Assembly: GCA_964016885.1 (NCBI GenBank)
Contig: OZ024741.1
Span: 86,366,001 to 86,430,000, forward strand
Length of the DNA stretch: 64,000 nucleotides
Direction of reading: 5' to 3'
Source of the DNA: Eledone cirrhosa
Taxonomy: Eukaryota
Shown: positions 53,245-64,000 of the stretch, in pieces
How positions within the stretch are numbered: the first letter of the stretch is position 1
How the letters are laid out: each line of letters starts with the position of its first letter
Made by a program: the position numbers and the translations under genes
Notes under the pieces: model-generated
What the model was told of the DNA's origin: nothing
The model's input: the letters and a program-made list of their open reading frames with translations, nothing else
Database searches by the model: none

Positions 53245-54105
53245 ATATATCTATCTAGGGCAGGTAAAATTCCCGAGATCCATGGACGAGTTCTCTCCAG
53301 CGGTATCTGTCCCACATCATCGCTGCCATGTCCTGCATCTCCAAGAGACCTGTGTCTGTCCTTAAGGCATCAACATATGTCAACTTCGGTCTCCCTCTTC
53401 TAGTGTGTCTGTGCAGTGTCAACTCTGAATGTTAGTGAGCATATCCAGCTAACCTCAGTCTCCTCTTTGTTACTTTCGAGCTGACTTTTGGGAGGCTACT
53501 GTACAGCTCTGAGTTCTTCATCCTCAGTGTATACTGATTAATGTTCAGAGCCATCCTCAGCATTCTCGTGTAGCACCCATCCCCCATCTGAGTGAGTTTC
53601 TTGGTCATTGTCCAAGTCTCAGACTCATATATAGTAGCACAGACTCCACTGTAGCAACGAAGAGACGGATCTTCAGGTCTTTAAGAAGGTCTGAGTTCCA
53701 AACCAATCTCAAACTATGGCATGCTGCCCAGTCTTTGCTTTTCCTCTCAGCCACATCATCCTCTGTATTCCCAATCTTTGCTCCCAGATACAGGAAGTCA
53801 TCAACCAACTCTAACGGCTTCCCACCTACATTAGTAATCTTCTCTGGCTTCTTAATATTCTCTACCAGATACTTCATCTTAATCTCATTCGTTCTCAGCC
53901 CCACACCCATCGACGCAGTCTCCACCTCCTGCATCAAATCCTCTGCCTCCTTCACTGTGTTTGTCACCAGAACTATGTCGTCGGCAAATTCAGCATCTGA
54001 TGTCTTTTTCGCCTTAACTCTCCTGCTCTAAGCCAATGCTACAGTAAAGCCAGAGTCCTGGTGTTTCTCCAGCACAATGTGCATACAATAGTCCACTGCG
54101 ATGAT
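53245..54105 (-). mobile_element. Degenerate RTE-like LINE 3' part; its tail also occurs alone at 34010-34100 (+)
   Basis: EFADDIVLV, DDFLYLGA and KIRLFVATVESVLLY remnants, with a shared 3' end GGACATGGCAGCGAT...TAGATAGAT. Confidence 0.75.
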
Positions 54106-54109
54106 ATAT

Positions 54110-54157
<48 letters not shown>

Positions 54158-54717
54158 TGTGTGTGTGCATATATATATGTATATGCATACACACATGCAC
54201 ACACACATATGCATTCATTAGTGCAGTAGGATTCACGTCAAATTGTTGCAATTTTAAGTTTTTCCATATGATAAATATTTTACAAGTTAATTTGTATCTA
54301 ATATTGGTTTGTCAAACAAACTTATGCACTTGGTACAAAATCACTATATTCCCATTTACAACAAATATCAACGTTCTCTAAAGTTACCTCCCCTGAGTGA
54401 AATCATCTATTAAAACCATGTAGTTAAGCTTAATATTCGTATATAAATCTGATGAAATATTACAATGGAAGATAGATAAAAATAGAAATCAATGTTATAG
54501 GAATTTATAATTTTGAAGGAAAAAAAAATAGTAACCACAATGGGCTTTGTATGTTACAGCAATGCAAATGAAACATTAAATGTTTAAAATATTGATAAGA
54601 AGATGTTGGATTGTTGCTTTATGGTTGTTTAATAGTCCTTAATATTTGGGAATAAAACCCCTTCATCAAAAGAAAGTTGAGGGAACTCTTGAAACAGTAA
54701 GAACTATTAAACAACTG

Positions 54718-56225
54718 CCAGTGGAAAACTGCCAGTGTCATTCCTCTATTCAAAAAGGGTGACCGCACATCACCTGTGAACTATCGTCCAGTCAGTCTTA
54801 CTAGTTGCATCGCCAAACTGATGGAATCCTGTGTCAGAGAAACACTTTGGAACTTCTGGAGCTCTCACAGTCTTATCCGGCCCTCGTAATTTGGATTTAT
54901 CACCAACTCCAGCTGCTGTGATCAACTTATAGAGTTTCTTGAGGACATCACCCTGATCACTGATGGCGGCTTATGGGTGGATGTTGTTTACCTTGACTTT
55001 GCGAAAGCCTTCAATTCTGTGCCACACAAAAGGCTTATGCCAAAACTCTCTGCTATGGGTGTGAAGGATGATCTTTTTAACTGGTTGAAGTCCTTCATTC
55101 TCAGTTGAAGAGAGGTAGTCACGGTTCTGGGACAGCATTCCTCACCATATGAGATGTCATCTGGTGTACCACAGGGATCTGTTCTTGGCCCCCTTTTGTT
55201 TGTGGCATATATTAATGACATAGATGCCAACTTAAAGAATGCCATGGTACTAAAGTATGCAGACGACATCAAGCTGTACCTTGAGATAAAAAGGACAGAT
55301 CCTGAACACTCTAGATCTTGCTTGCAGTCTGACCTGGACACAATGCAACAATGGATCTCAGACTGGCAACTCAAGCTAGCTGTGGACAAGTGCACCAACA
55401 TGCATTTTGGGAGTAAAAACTCAGCGTCCACATACTGCTTCTACAGCACTAATATCAAGAAGTCTTCTTGTGAACGTGACCTGGGCATTACGGTCAGCAG
55501 CGATTTGTGTTGGACGAAGCACGTCTCTAAAATTGTCAAGAGGGCCGAGGGTGTCTTAGCATCACTCAGCAAGACCTTTGTCAGCCGCTCTCCAGATATC
55601 TATTTAAGGCTGTACATGGCTATGGTGCGACCACACTTAGAATTTGCATCACCAGTCTGGAACCCTTATCTTGCTCAGAACATTGACTGCCTGGAAACTG
55701 TTCAGAGACGTGCAACCAAGCGAATACCCTCCATCAGGCATCTACCATACTCTGAGCACCTTGCTTCCCTGGGCATGGATACATTGAAGCTCCGACGCCT
55801 GGCAACTGACTTGGTAAACACCCACAAAATTGTTAACCATGTTGCCAACAACCCTGAGTACCTTTTTGATTTCCATGTGTCTAACACACGTGGACATGCC
55901 CACAAAGTAAGAAAACAGCACAGTTCCCATGACTTTCGGAAACATTTTTTCACGCTCAGAGTTGCTGAAGCATGGAACAAACTACCTGCATCAGTTGTTA
56001 GCTGTCGAGACACTGCATCCTTTAAGGCCTCCATGCTTCCCGAGTTCCGCCAACACTACAGCTAATGTTCCCCCTCCATACACATACACACATGTATACC
56101 ATGACACTATTCACTTCCCTGACATTTGTGTATTATTCTATGTACTATACATACACCTTTGACGAGTTGTAGTGCACCTGAGCACTTTACACAATAATTT
56201 CATTATTATTATTATTATTATTATT
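54718..56225 (+). mobile_element. 5'-truncated CR1-type LINE (ORF 55154-56065)
   Basis: SGVPQGSVLGP, YADDIKLY, VWNPY motifs; premature stops upstream; (ATT)n tail. Confidence 0.93.
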
Positions 56226-56797
56226 ATATTATTTTAACATCTTGTTATCATTATTTTTAACATATAATGTCCCATTTGCATTACTGTGGCCTTCTAATGA
56301 AATACATAGCAACACCCTCTTACAGAATAATATACCTAAATTGATACTAAATATCTCTATTTAATACTAAGTGCAAGCTATGAAATACATATGAGTGATG
56401 TACTCTTACTTAACTATATTATGGCCAAATAAAGGAAGGATAGGGAAATATGATCTATCAGTCTCAGGAAAGAAACCTACTGTGTCTGGCATACTGTAGT
56501 TAGTCTGAAGCAAAGTTCCCTCTAATTTTTCTCAACCACTTTTAATACTTTAACCAAAACTATTTTAAATCTAAATCTACTGTACAGCAATATTTTGTTG
56601 CACAGAGCAACATTTCAAAGCTACTAAACAATAACATTACAGCAACTGCACCAAACAGCATCTGTGCTGCCATGTACACTTGCAGTTTAGAGGGAACATT
56701 CATCCAATTGTATAGTCAGATGCCAGAATTTGAATTTGAATTCATGAAAATGATGGCATTCTCTAAAGCATTCTGAGTAGGCAATAAGGTATTTGGC

Positions 56798-56869
56798 AAA
56801 TGTTTTAATACTTTTCAATATATTGACTTAGCAAAAAGGTCAATATATTGAAAAGTATTAAAACATTTC
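56798..56869. repeat. Short inverted repeat (hairpin)
   Basis: AAATGTTTTAATACTTTTCAATATATTGAC ... GTCAATATATTGAAAAGTATTAAAACATTT. Confidence 0.85.
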
Positions 56870-57259
56870 TCTGAATATTTTCCACCCTAGCCTGACTCTG
56901 GCTACTATGCTTTTGGTACATCCACCTTCATTACTAAAAGATTTACATAGGTAGTAAAAGGCATCAACTTACTTGTAGTGTATTTTACAAGTACTATTAC
57001 TGCTGACTACACTTGCACATCTGGCATAGTCAAAGTCTACCTTCTTTGACAGCCTACCTATGATCTTACTACACCTCTTTTGGATCCATTGTACACACTG
57101 GGTACCATGTATGGAATTTCTACATGCTCCTTTTTTGCATATTGTACTCCACCCTTTCCTTGATGGTATGAAAGCCTTATCTTCTTTCCTACTATCTTAA
57201 AAAGTGATCTTTACTTTGAAGCTTTTCAACTCTAGGGGTTGTTCTTATGTCTAAAATCT

Positions 57260-57610
57260 TTTCTCTCAATCTTCCACAGATTTGGTTATAAGTACTAGGT
57301 CATCAGCATATAGGAGTTCCCATGAACACCTGCTCATAAACTCCTCTGTTATGACCTGGAAAATTATAAACATGAGTAGGGTGAGAATCGAGCCATGATA
57401 AACACTAACTTGTACATTGGATTCCTCACTAAATTCATTGCACCTTTGTACATGGCTTCGAACACTCTCACAAATCATTCTTCAAGCCCAAGTTCTATCA
57501 ATCAACAGATCACAGTACTCTGACAAAGGCGTTTTCCAGATCAATAAAAGCTAAGTATAGTAGCTTACACTTATCTAGAATCTTTCTTGTAGTTGTCTGT
57601 CTAAGAATCA
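57260..57610 (-). mobile_element. Degenerate RTE-type RT fragment
   Basis: Minus-strand remnants LAFIDLENAF, VYHGSIL and WELLYADDLVLI. Confidence 0.65.
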
Positions 57611-57724
57611 GTGGGGTATCAGTGGTGTTTCATCGTGGCACAAGTCCAGACTGCACCTCATCTAATCTGATTCTGTTGTATGTGTGTGGGGGTGTGTGTA
57701 TATATATATATATATATAAAAAGC

Positions 57725-59925
57725 AGACTGGAACTGTTACTGCACCGAGTTGCAACGTCCAAACTGGCTTGAGTTCTACGACTCTGGAGATGTCAACACT
57801 GTACTCCAGAACATCCTGAGCTCAATATGGACAGCATGTGCAGCATCGGTGCCACGTAAGCGGAAAAAAACATCCCAAAAGTGCAATTTGGGAGACTGCA
57901 GCAGTCCGTCGCAATGCTGAACGTGAGTACAAACTGCACAAATCAGACATTAATAGGAAGAGGCGAAATAGATCGCCCAGCCACCTCAAACAGGTGACAA
58001 AAAAAACAGTGCTTCAATTTGAGCAGTGCATAGCAACCAGCCCTGACAGTAAGGTGTTCTGGAAGTATGTTCACTCAAAGCAGAGGCCTCACTCTCCAGT
58101 TGGTCCTCTTCACAATCCCCACACAAGCCAGATTACTGACGACCCCAAGGAATGCGCAGAGCTCATTGCTGAATGCTATGCAGGCATTTTCAATATTGAA
58201 GACCAGAGTGTACCGTCTGCACCAGCTCTGACATCGGATTCTATTACAACCATGGAATTTACACCTGCAATGCTGCGACGTCACCTAAAAAATAAATGCA
58301 ACCATGCCTCTCTTGGTCTTAATGGTGTTACGTACCTGCTTCTTAAACGTGGTGGGTACTTCCTTCTGCACCAACTATCATGCTTCTTCCAATTCTGTCT
58401 GAACAATGGTGCTACTTCAGAACAGTGGAAAACTGCCAGTGTCATTCCTCTGTTCAAAAAGGGTGACTGCACATCACCTGTGAACTATCGTCCAGTCAGT
58501 CTTACTAGTTGCATTGCCAAACTGATGGAATCCTGTGTCAGAGAAACACTTTGGAACTTCTGGAACTCTCACAGTCTTATCCGGCCCTCGCAATTTGGAT
58601 TTATCCCCAACTCCAGCTGCTGTGATCAACTTATCGAGTTTCTTGAAGACATCACCCTGATCACTGACGGTGGCTCATGGGTGGATGTTGTTTACCTTGA
58701 CTTTGCGAAAGTTTTCAATTCTGTGCCACACAAAAGGCTTATGCCGAAACTCTCTGCAATGGGTGTGAAGGATGATCTTTTTAACTGGTTGAAGTCCTTC
58801 ATTCTCAGTCGAAGAGAGGTTGTCACGCTTCTGGGACAGCATTCCTCACCATATGAGATATCATCTGGTGTACTACAGGGATCTGTTCTTGGCCCCCTTT
58901 TGTTTGTGGCATATATTAATGACATAGATGCCAACTTAAAGAATGCCATAGTACTAAAGTACACAGATGACATCAAGCTGTACTTGAGATAAAAAGGATA
59001 GATCCTGAACACTATAGATCTTGCTTGCAGTCTGACCTGGACACAATGCAACAATGGATCTCAGACTGGCAACTCAAACTAGCTGTGGACAAGTGCACCA
59101 CCATGCATTTTGGGAGTAAAAACCCAGCGTCCACATACTCCCTCCACAGCACTAATATCAAGAAGTCTTCTTGTGAACGTGACCTGGGCATTACGGTCAG
59201 CAGCGATTTGTGTTGGACGAAGCACATCTCTAAAATTGTCAAGAGGGCCGAGGGTGTCTTAGCATCACTCAGCAAGACCTTTGTCAGCCGCTCTCCAGAT
59301 ATCTATTTAAGGCTGTACATGGCTATGGTGTGGCCACACTTAGAATTTGCATCACCAGTCTGGAACCCTTATCTTGCTCAGAACATTGACTGCCTGGAAA
59401 CTGTTCAGAGACATGCAACCAAGCGAATACCCTCCATCAGGCATCTACCATACTCTGAACGCCTTACTTCCCTGGGCATGGATACATTGAAGCTCCGACG
59501 CCTGGCAACTGACTTGGTAAACACCCACAAAATTGTTATCCATCTTGCAACAACAACCCTGAATACCTTTTTGATTTCCATGTGTCTAACACACGTGGAC
59601 ATGCCCACAAAGTAAGAAAACAGCACAGTTCCCATGACTTTCGGAAACATTTTTTCACGCTCAGAGTTGCTGAAGCATGGAACAAACTACCTGCATCAGT
59701 TGTTAGCTGTCGAGACACTGCATCCTTTAAAACCTCCATGCTTCCCGAGATTCGCCAACACTACACATAATGTTCCCCCCTCCATACACATACACACATG
59801 TATATCATGACTCATACACTAATCACTCCCCTGACATTTGTATATTATTCTATGTACTATACATGCACCTTTGACGAGTTGTAGTGCACCTGAGCACTTT
59901 ACACAATAATTTCATTATTATTATA
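57725..59925 (+). mobile_element. CR1-type LINE, longest copy (frameshifted; YADD changed to YTDD)
   Basis: ORFs 57838-58992 and 59025-59615 with FWKYV, WKTASVIPLFKKG, NYRPVSLTS, QFGF, YLDFAK and QGSVLGP. It has the same 3' end as the other CR1 copies. Confidence 0.93.
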
Positions 59926-59945
59926 TATATATTTAATATAGAAAT

Positions 59946-59996
59946 GGCTTCTACAGGACTAGAACTGTTTCATTCGGGAGAAATCATCAGGAAGCC
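59946..59996 (-). ncRNA. Type I hammerhead ribozyme-like motif inside the 59929-60067 palindrome
   Basis: On -: GGCTTC CTGATGA t-TTC-tccc-GAA-t GAA ACAG-ttctagtc-CTGT A GAAGCC. This gives stem I 6 bp, the conserved core, a weak stem II, stem III 4 bp and a GUA cleavage triplet. Confidence 0.6.
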
Positions 59997-60101
59997 CTGA
60001 TGCTTCCTGATGATTCTCCCAAATGAAACAGTTCTAGTCCTCTAGAAGCCATTTCTATAATAAATATTTATACTCTGCTATGTATTGAGTTCCTTACTTA
60101 C

Positions 60102-60122
60102 TGTGGTTACCGCTGATTGAAC
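60102..60122 (-). CDS. Putative 21-nt microexon of the L1-family gene (GSISGNH)
   Basis: tttatctcag|GTTCAATCAGCGGTAACCACA|gtaagt; phase 1-1 and in frame with the 44110 exon (GSISGNH-TPIITDW). Confidence 0.55.
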
Positions 60123-60632
60123 CTGAGATAAACATATATGTATATATGTATATATGTTTATGCAGCCTGCCAAAGAGTTTTGTGCAGCCCATGGTAGCAT
60201 TTGGTGAATCAATAAAAAAAAAAAAAATCAACAATTTTTTGTATATAATACTTAAGCCGTGACTAGATCTAGTTACGTGTTTGTACCAGAGAGAGCAGAG
60301 AGACAGAGAGTAGGAGTGACCATTTTGTTTTGTGATGTAAAGACACAAATTAAAAGAAAATTTTCTTTTAAGATTTTTGTATTTAATCATTTCATTAATT
60401 TATGTATTACAATGATGCAGTTTATATTTTATATTTTCTAAATTCTAACTGAAGAAAATTAAGGTTACTGGCACCCTGTATCCAATAATAATTGGTGCAG
60501 CCCTCTGGTATTCATGACCTTGTCAATGTGGCTCCCAATCCAAAACGTTTGCCCACCCCTGCCATAAAGCATTCTATCTGACATTCTAACGACTCAGCCA
60601 ATTTGCCGCCTATATATATATATATATATATA

Positions 60633-60915
60633 TGACTAAAGAAACTTTAGCCTGATAATGGGGTTTAGAACCCTCAGATAAATGGAAAAAGATGAGTATT
60701 GACGAACATGGGAGTTGAACCCACATCTTTGGTTATCAAGACCACTGTGCTACCATTACACCAACACATCACCCAGTGATGTGTTGGTGTAATGGTAGCA
60801 CAGTGGTCTTGATAACCAAAGATGTGGGTTCAACTCCCATGTTCGTCAATACTCATCTTTTTCCATTTATCTGAGGGTTCTAAACCCCATTATCAGGCTA
60901 AAGTTTCTTTAGTCA
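60633..60915. repeat. Perfect 140-bp-arm palindrome with 3-nt loop
   Basis: 60633-60772 is the exact reverse complement of 60776-60915. Confidence 0.97.
60778..60849 (+). pseudogene. tRNA-Gln-like pseudo-tRNA/SINE head (mirror copy on - at about 60699-60770)
   Basis: GGTGTAATGGTAGCAC D-arm/A-box and GTGGG-TTCAACT-CCCAT T-arm, with a 4-nt variable loop. The acceptor stem is poor and the anticodon loop atypical. TTTTT follows about 10 nt downstream. Confidence 0.6.
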
Positions 60916-61394
60916 AAAAATACGGTGAAAGCTATTCTATTTTCTAATTTCAAACCTGCTCACTGTTTCAAAACATACTTACTTATATATATATATATAT
61001 ATATATCATCATTCATCATCATTTCATTTTACGTCCTCTTTTTCCCTGCTTGCAAGGGTGGGACGGGAACTAATTTTGGCTTGATTTCTACAGCTGGATG
61101 CTCTTCCTAACACCAACATCATTTACAGTGAGTGCTGGGTGCTTTTTTGCTGTGGCGCCTACACGTCTACTTTACAGTGTGGGCTGGGTGCTTTTTTTGC
61201 CGTGGCACCTCCACGACCACTTTGCAGTGAAATGATAGGGACCCCAGTCCTATCATCTCATTTCTACAGCTGACTAAACTGGAGCAGTGTAAAATAAAGT
61301 GTCTTGCTCAAGAAAACAACACATCACTCGGTCTGAGAATTGAAGTCACAACCTTTTGATTGCAAGGCCAATGCTCTAACCACTAAGCCATGTG

Positions 61395-61474
<80 letters not shown>

Positions 61475-61515
61475 TTCAAAATATTAACAAAAATAGACAT
61501 TCGTGTGATCAAGTA

Positions 61516-61582
61516 TATTTTATTATAAATATTTCAGAGGTACTGAGCTATCTTCAACAGTACCTCCTCATCAGATAAAATA
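61516..61582 (-). ncRNA. Type I hammerhead ribozyme (Penelope-type) inside the 61468-61683 palindrome
   Basis: On -: TATTTTAT CTGATGA GGAGGTACTG-12nt-CAGTACCTCT GAA ATA-TT-TAT A ATAAAATA. This gives an 8-bp stem I, the full core, a 10-bp stem II, a minimal stem III and an AUA triplet. Confidence 0.72.
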
Positions 61583-61773
61583 AGGACGTACTGTTGAAGA
61601 TAGCTCAGTACCTCTGAAATATGTATAATAAAATATACTTGATCACATGAATGTCTATTTATGTTAATATTTTGAATTAATATTAATAACTCTGGAAAAC
61701 CATTACTGTTGAGTGCTTCCAATCTATTGTAAAACTCATTCTTTGATTTATTCATTGAACCTTGTTTAACCTT

Positions 61774-61849
<76 letters not shown>

Positions 61850-62015
61850 TATGTATATGCATACACACACATACATAATTGCTTAAACAAGTATATGATG
61901 TAAATAGTTGTAAATATTTATTCATTACAGAAACAGTCAAACTGCGATATTATAGGTTACATTTGGACTCCACTGATATATGATGCTATCAATGAACTAC
62001 ATTATCAATAAAGAA

Positions 62016-62540
62016 CAGTGTTCATTTAACTGTTCTCCTATACTACGAGCTGTCTCACCTACGTACACTATATTCTTATCTTTCCATTGTAAAGATAAGA
62101 ATATAGTGTATATAGGTGAGACAGCTCGTAGTATAGGAGAACGGTTAAATGAACACTGGCGAGAACTTCAAGATAAAAAAGAATCATCAATACTCCACCA
62201 ACATGCTAAATTAGAACATAAGGGCAAATTAGAGAACATAGAAATAAAAATAGAATCTACACACAGAAAAGACGCAATGTTTAGACAAATCACAGAGGCA
62301 ATAAACATAAATGAACTCCAACCAAAATTAAATAGAAAACATGAATGGAATAGCAACATCACAACTTACAATTAAGGACAAAATGAAAACACACACACAC
62401 ATAGAACAAGCAACCAACCAGTAACATGCAAATAAACAAATAAAAACACACACAGACACCCGGATGTAACACATGCACAAACTAAGCACACAACACAGAC
62501 AAAAGCAAGATGGCGTAGGACAGAACAAAGGAGAGGCATT
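62016..62540 (+). mobile_element. Penelope-like element 3' fragment (GIY-YIG endonuclease) with inverted 5' duplication
   Basis: Translation CKDKNIVYIGETARSIGERLNEH...HQH...H...RQITEAINI...P.LNRK. The 68-bp inverted arms are 62016-62083 and 62091-62158. Confidence 0.85.
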
Positions 62541-62798
62541 GCAAAGTGGTCATGGAGGTGCCATGGCAAAAAAGCATCCAGCCTACACTGTAAAGTGGAC
62601 GTGTAGGCGCCACGGAAAAAAAGCACCCAGCACTCACTGTAAATGAGGTTGGTGTTAGGAAGGGCATCCAGCTGTAGAAATCAAGCCAGAATCAGTTCCT
62701 GTATGAGAAAGACATGGTCAGCCGACCAGCACTGCCCACAACAGGACAACCTGTCTAACCCATGCTAGCGTGGAAGAACGGACGTAAAACGGTGATGA

Positions 62799-62861
<63 letters not shown>

Positions 62862-63239
62862 ATCAGTAATATATATATATATATATACATATATAAATAT
62901 ATACATATATGTATGGCTCACTGAATACACAAGTGATTTTTCTAAAACAAAATGTTTCCATTCCATCCTCTTCTCCCTCTCTTTTCTTTATTTTTCATTC
63001 TATTTTCTGATGAAGGACTCGCGTCTGAATATAGACTCTCTTCCTACTATATCAAGTGTTAAACTGATATATTTTTTCATTATACTGTGTTGTTTGCTTT
63101 GTTATTTCTGTTTACTTTTTTCATACATACATACATATACATAGGGACTTTGAAGAAAAAATAAGTAATTCTTTCCTCACATTTATAATTTTATATATAT
63201 GAATGAAAGGAGTAATAAAAACATAACGTGGAAGTGGAA

Positions 63240-63700
63240 ATTATTTATATTAACAGCTTCACTTATGTCCACATTACCAGCAGGTTCATGATGTAAACAC
63301 ATGTAATTCAGCAGATGCATCTCATGAAATGGACGTGTTTACATCTTGAAACAACTGGTAATGTAGAGATATGTCAAACTGTTAATTTAAGTACTCTCTC
63401 TATACACATACACATATATATAGAAAATGAAGGGAATTTCTTGGTACAGTAAGATAAATTTGAAAAAAGGTAAGAATGACTTCATTGGTGGTTGATGTCC
63501 TTTAATAATTCAAATCTTTACAATAAGTCGTATTAGTTATACATCTTCATCATAACACAACAGACCAGTTTGAAAATTTCACCAAATGTGAGAAAGTTCC
63601 CCAGAAAGTTAACAAGGACTTACTAGAATTAATATCAATAATGACTTATTGTAAAGATTTAAATAATTAAAAAACATCAACCACCAGTGAAGCCATTCAT
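63240..63700. repeat. Two degenerate fold-back inverted repeats (about 63245-63390 and 63472-63700)
   Basis: TTAACAG..CATTACCAG..GATGTAAACAC pairs with GTGTTTACATC..CTGGTAATG..CTGTTAA. GAATGACTTCATTGGTGGTTGATG..AAATCTTTACAATAAGTC pairs with GACTTATTGTAAAGATTT..CATCAACCACCAGTGAAGCCATTC. Confidence 0.75.
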
Positions 63701-64000
63701 TGCAACAAAATTCCATTTTATTGTAAAACTGATTTCTTCTGAGTTTTCGGTAAAAATATGTTTTGATAATGAGGCTGAATTGCCCTTGGTTCTATGTCTG
63801 AATAAATGAATATGTTATGTATATTGAACTTTAACTCTTAAAATCTTATAATGATTTAGTAGAAAATATCTAAAAATTATTAGTGGACAAATTGATGTAA
63901 ACATTTCAGTAAACTAAAGGAAAGATTTTAATTTTTAATGAAAAGCAATTACAGTGCGGTTTTGTACTTTTCATGAATGTCTTGAAAATGAGGTTTCATG

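Noticed and set aside
56972-57020. Possible extra minus-strand exon ending in GTAAGT
   Set aside because: Weak acceptor, phase incompatible with the 44110 exon, and no FnIII-like translation.
60778-60849. Functional tRNA gene
   Set aside because: The acceptor stem is largely mismatched and position 37 is a pyrimidine; treated as a tRNA-derived element.
63005-63040. CTGATGAAGGACTCGCGTCTGAAT hammerhead-like core on +
   Set aside because: The GAAA box is mutated and no stem I or III pairing is evident; a vestige only. The same applies to the cores in the 63245-63390 and 21533 palindromes.

Overview
This is AT-rich animal genomic DNA. The repeat landscape (tRNA-derived SINEs, RTE/CR1 LINEs, Penelope relics) suggests an octopod cephalopod; that is an inference. 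Two genes face each other. On + are the last three coding exons of MED1 (Mediator subunit 1), including a 4.6-kb terminal exon with two LxxLL boxes and a low-complexity tail. On - are seven spliced exons (FnIII, transmembrane, cytoplasmic tail) of an L1CAM/neuroglian-family adhesion gene whose tail stops where the ankyrin-binding FIGQY motif should be. The introns and intergenic DNA hold a compact, recently inserted LTR retrotransposon with a 5-bp TSD, a -1 frameshift pseudoknot, DIRS-like RT/RNase H, a DDE integrase and no canonical PBS. They also hold four CR1 and several RTE LINE copies, SINEs, MITEs and a Penelope GIY-YIG fragment. A family of fold-back palindromes is present: two carry near-complete hammerhead ribozymes in the sense of the adhesion-gene pre-mRNA, and one is a perfect 140-bp hairpin of two back-to-back tRNA-Gln-like units. 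All calls were made by eye, without database searches.
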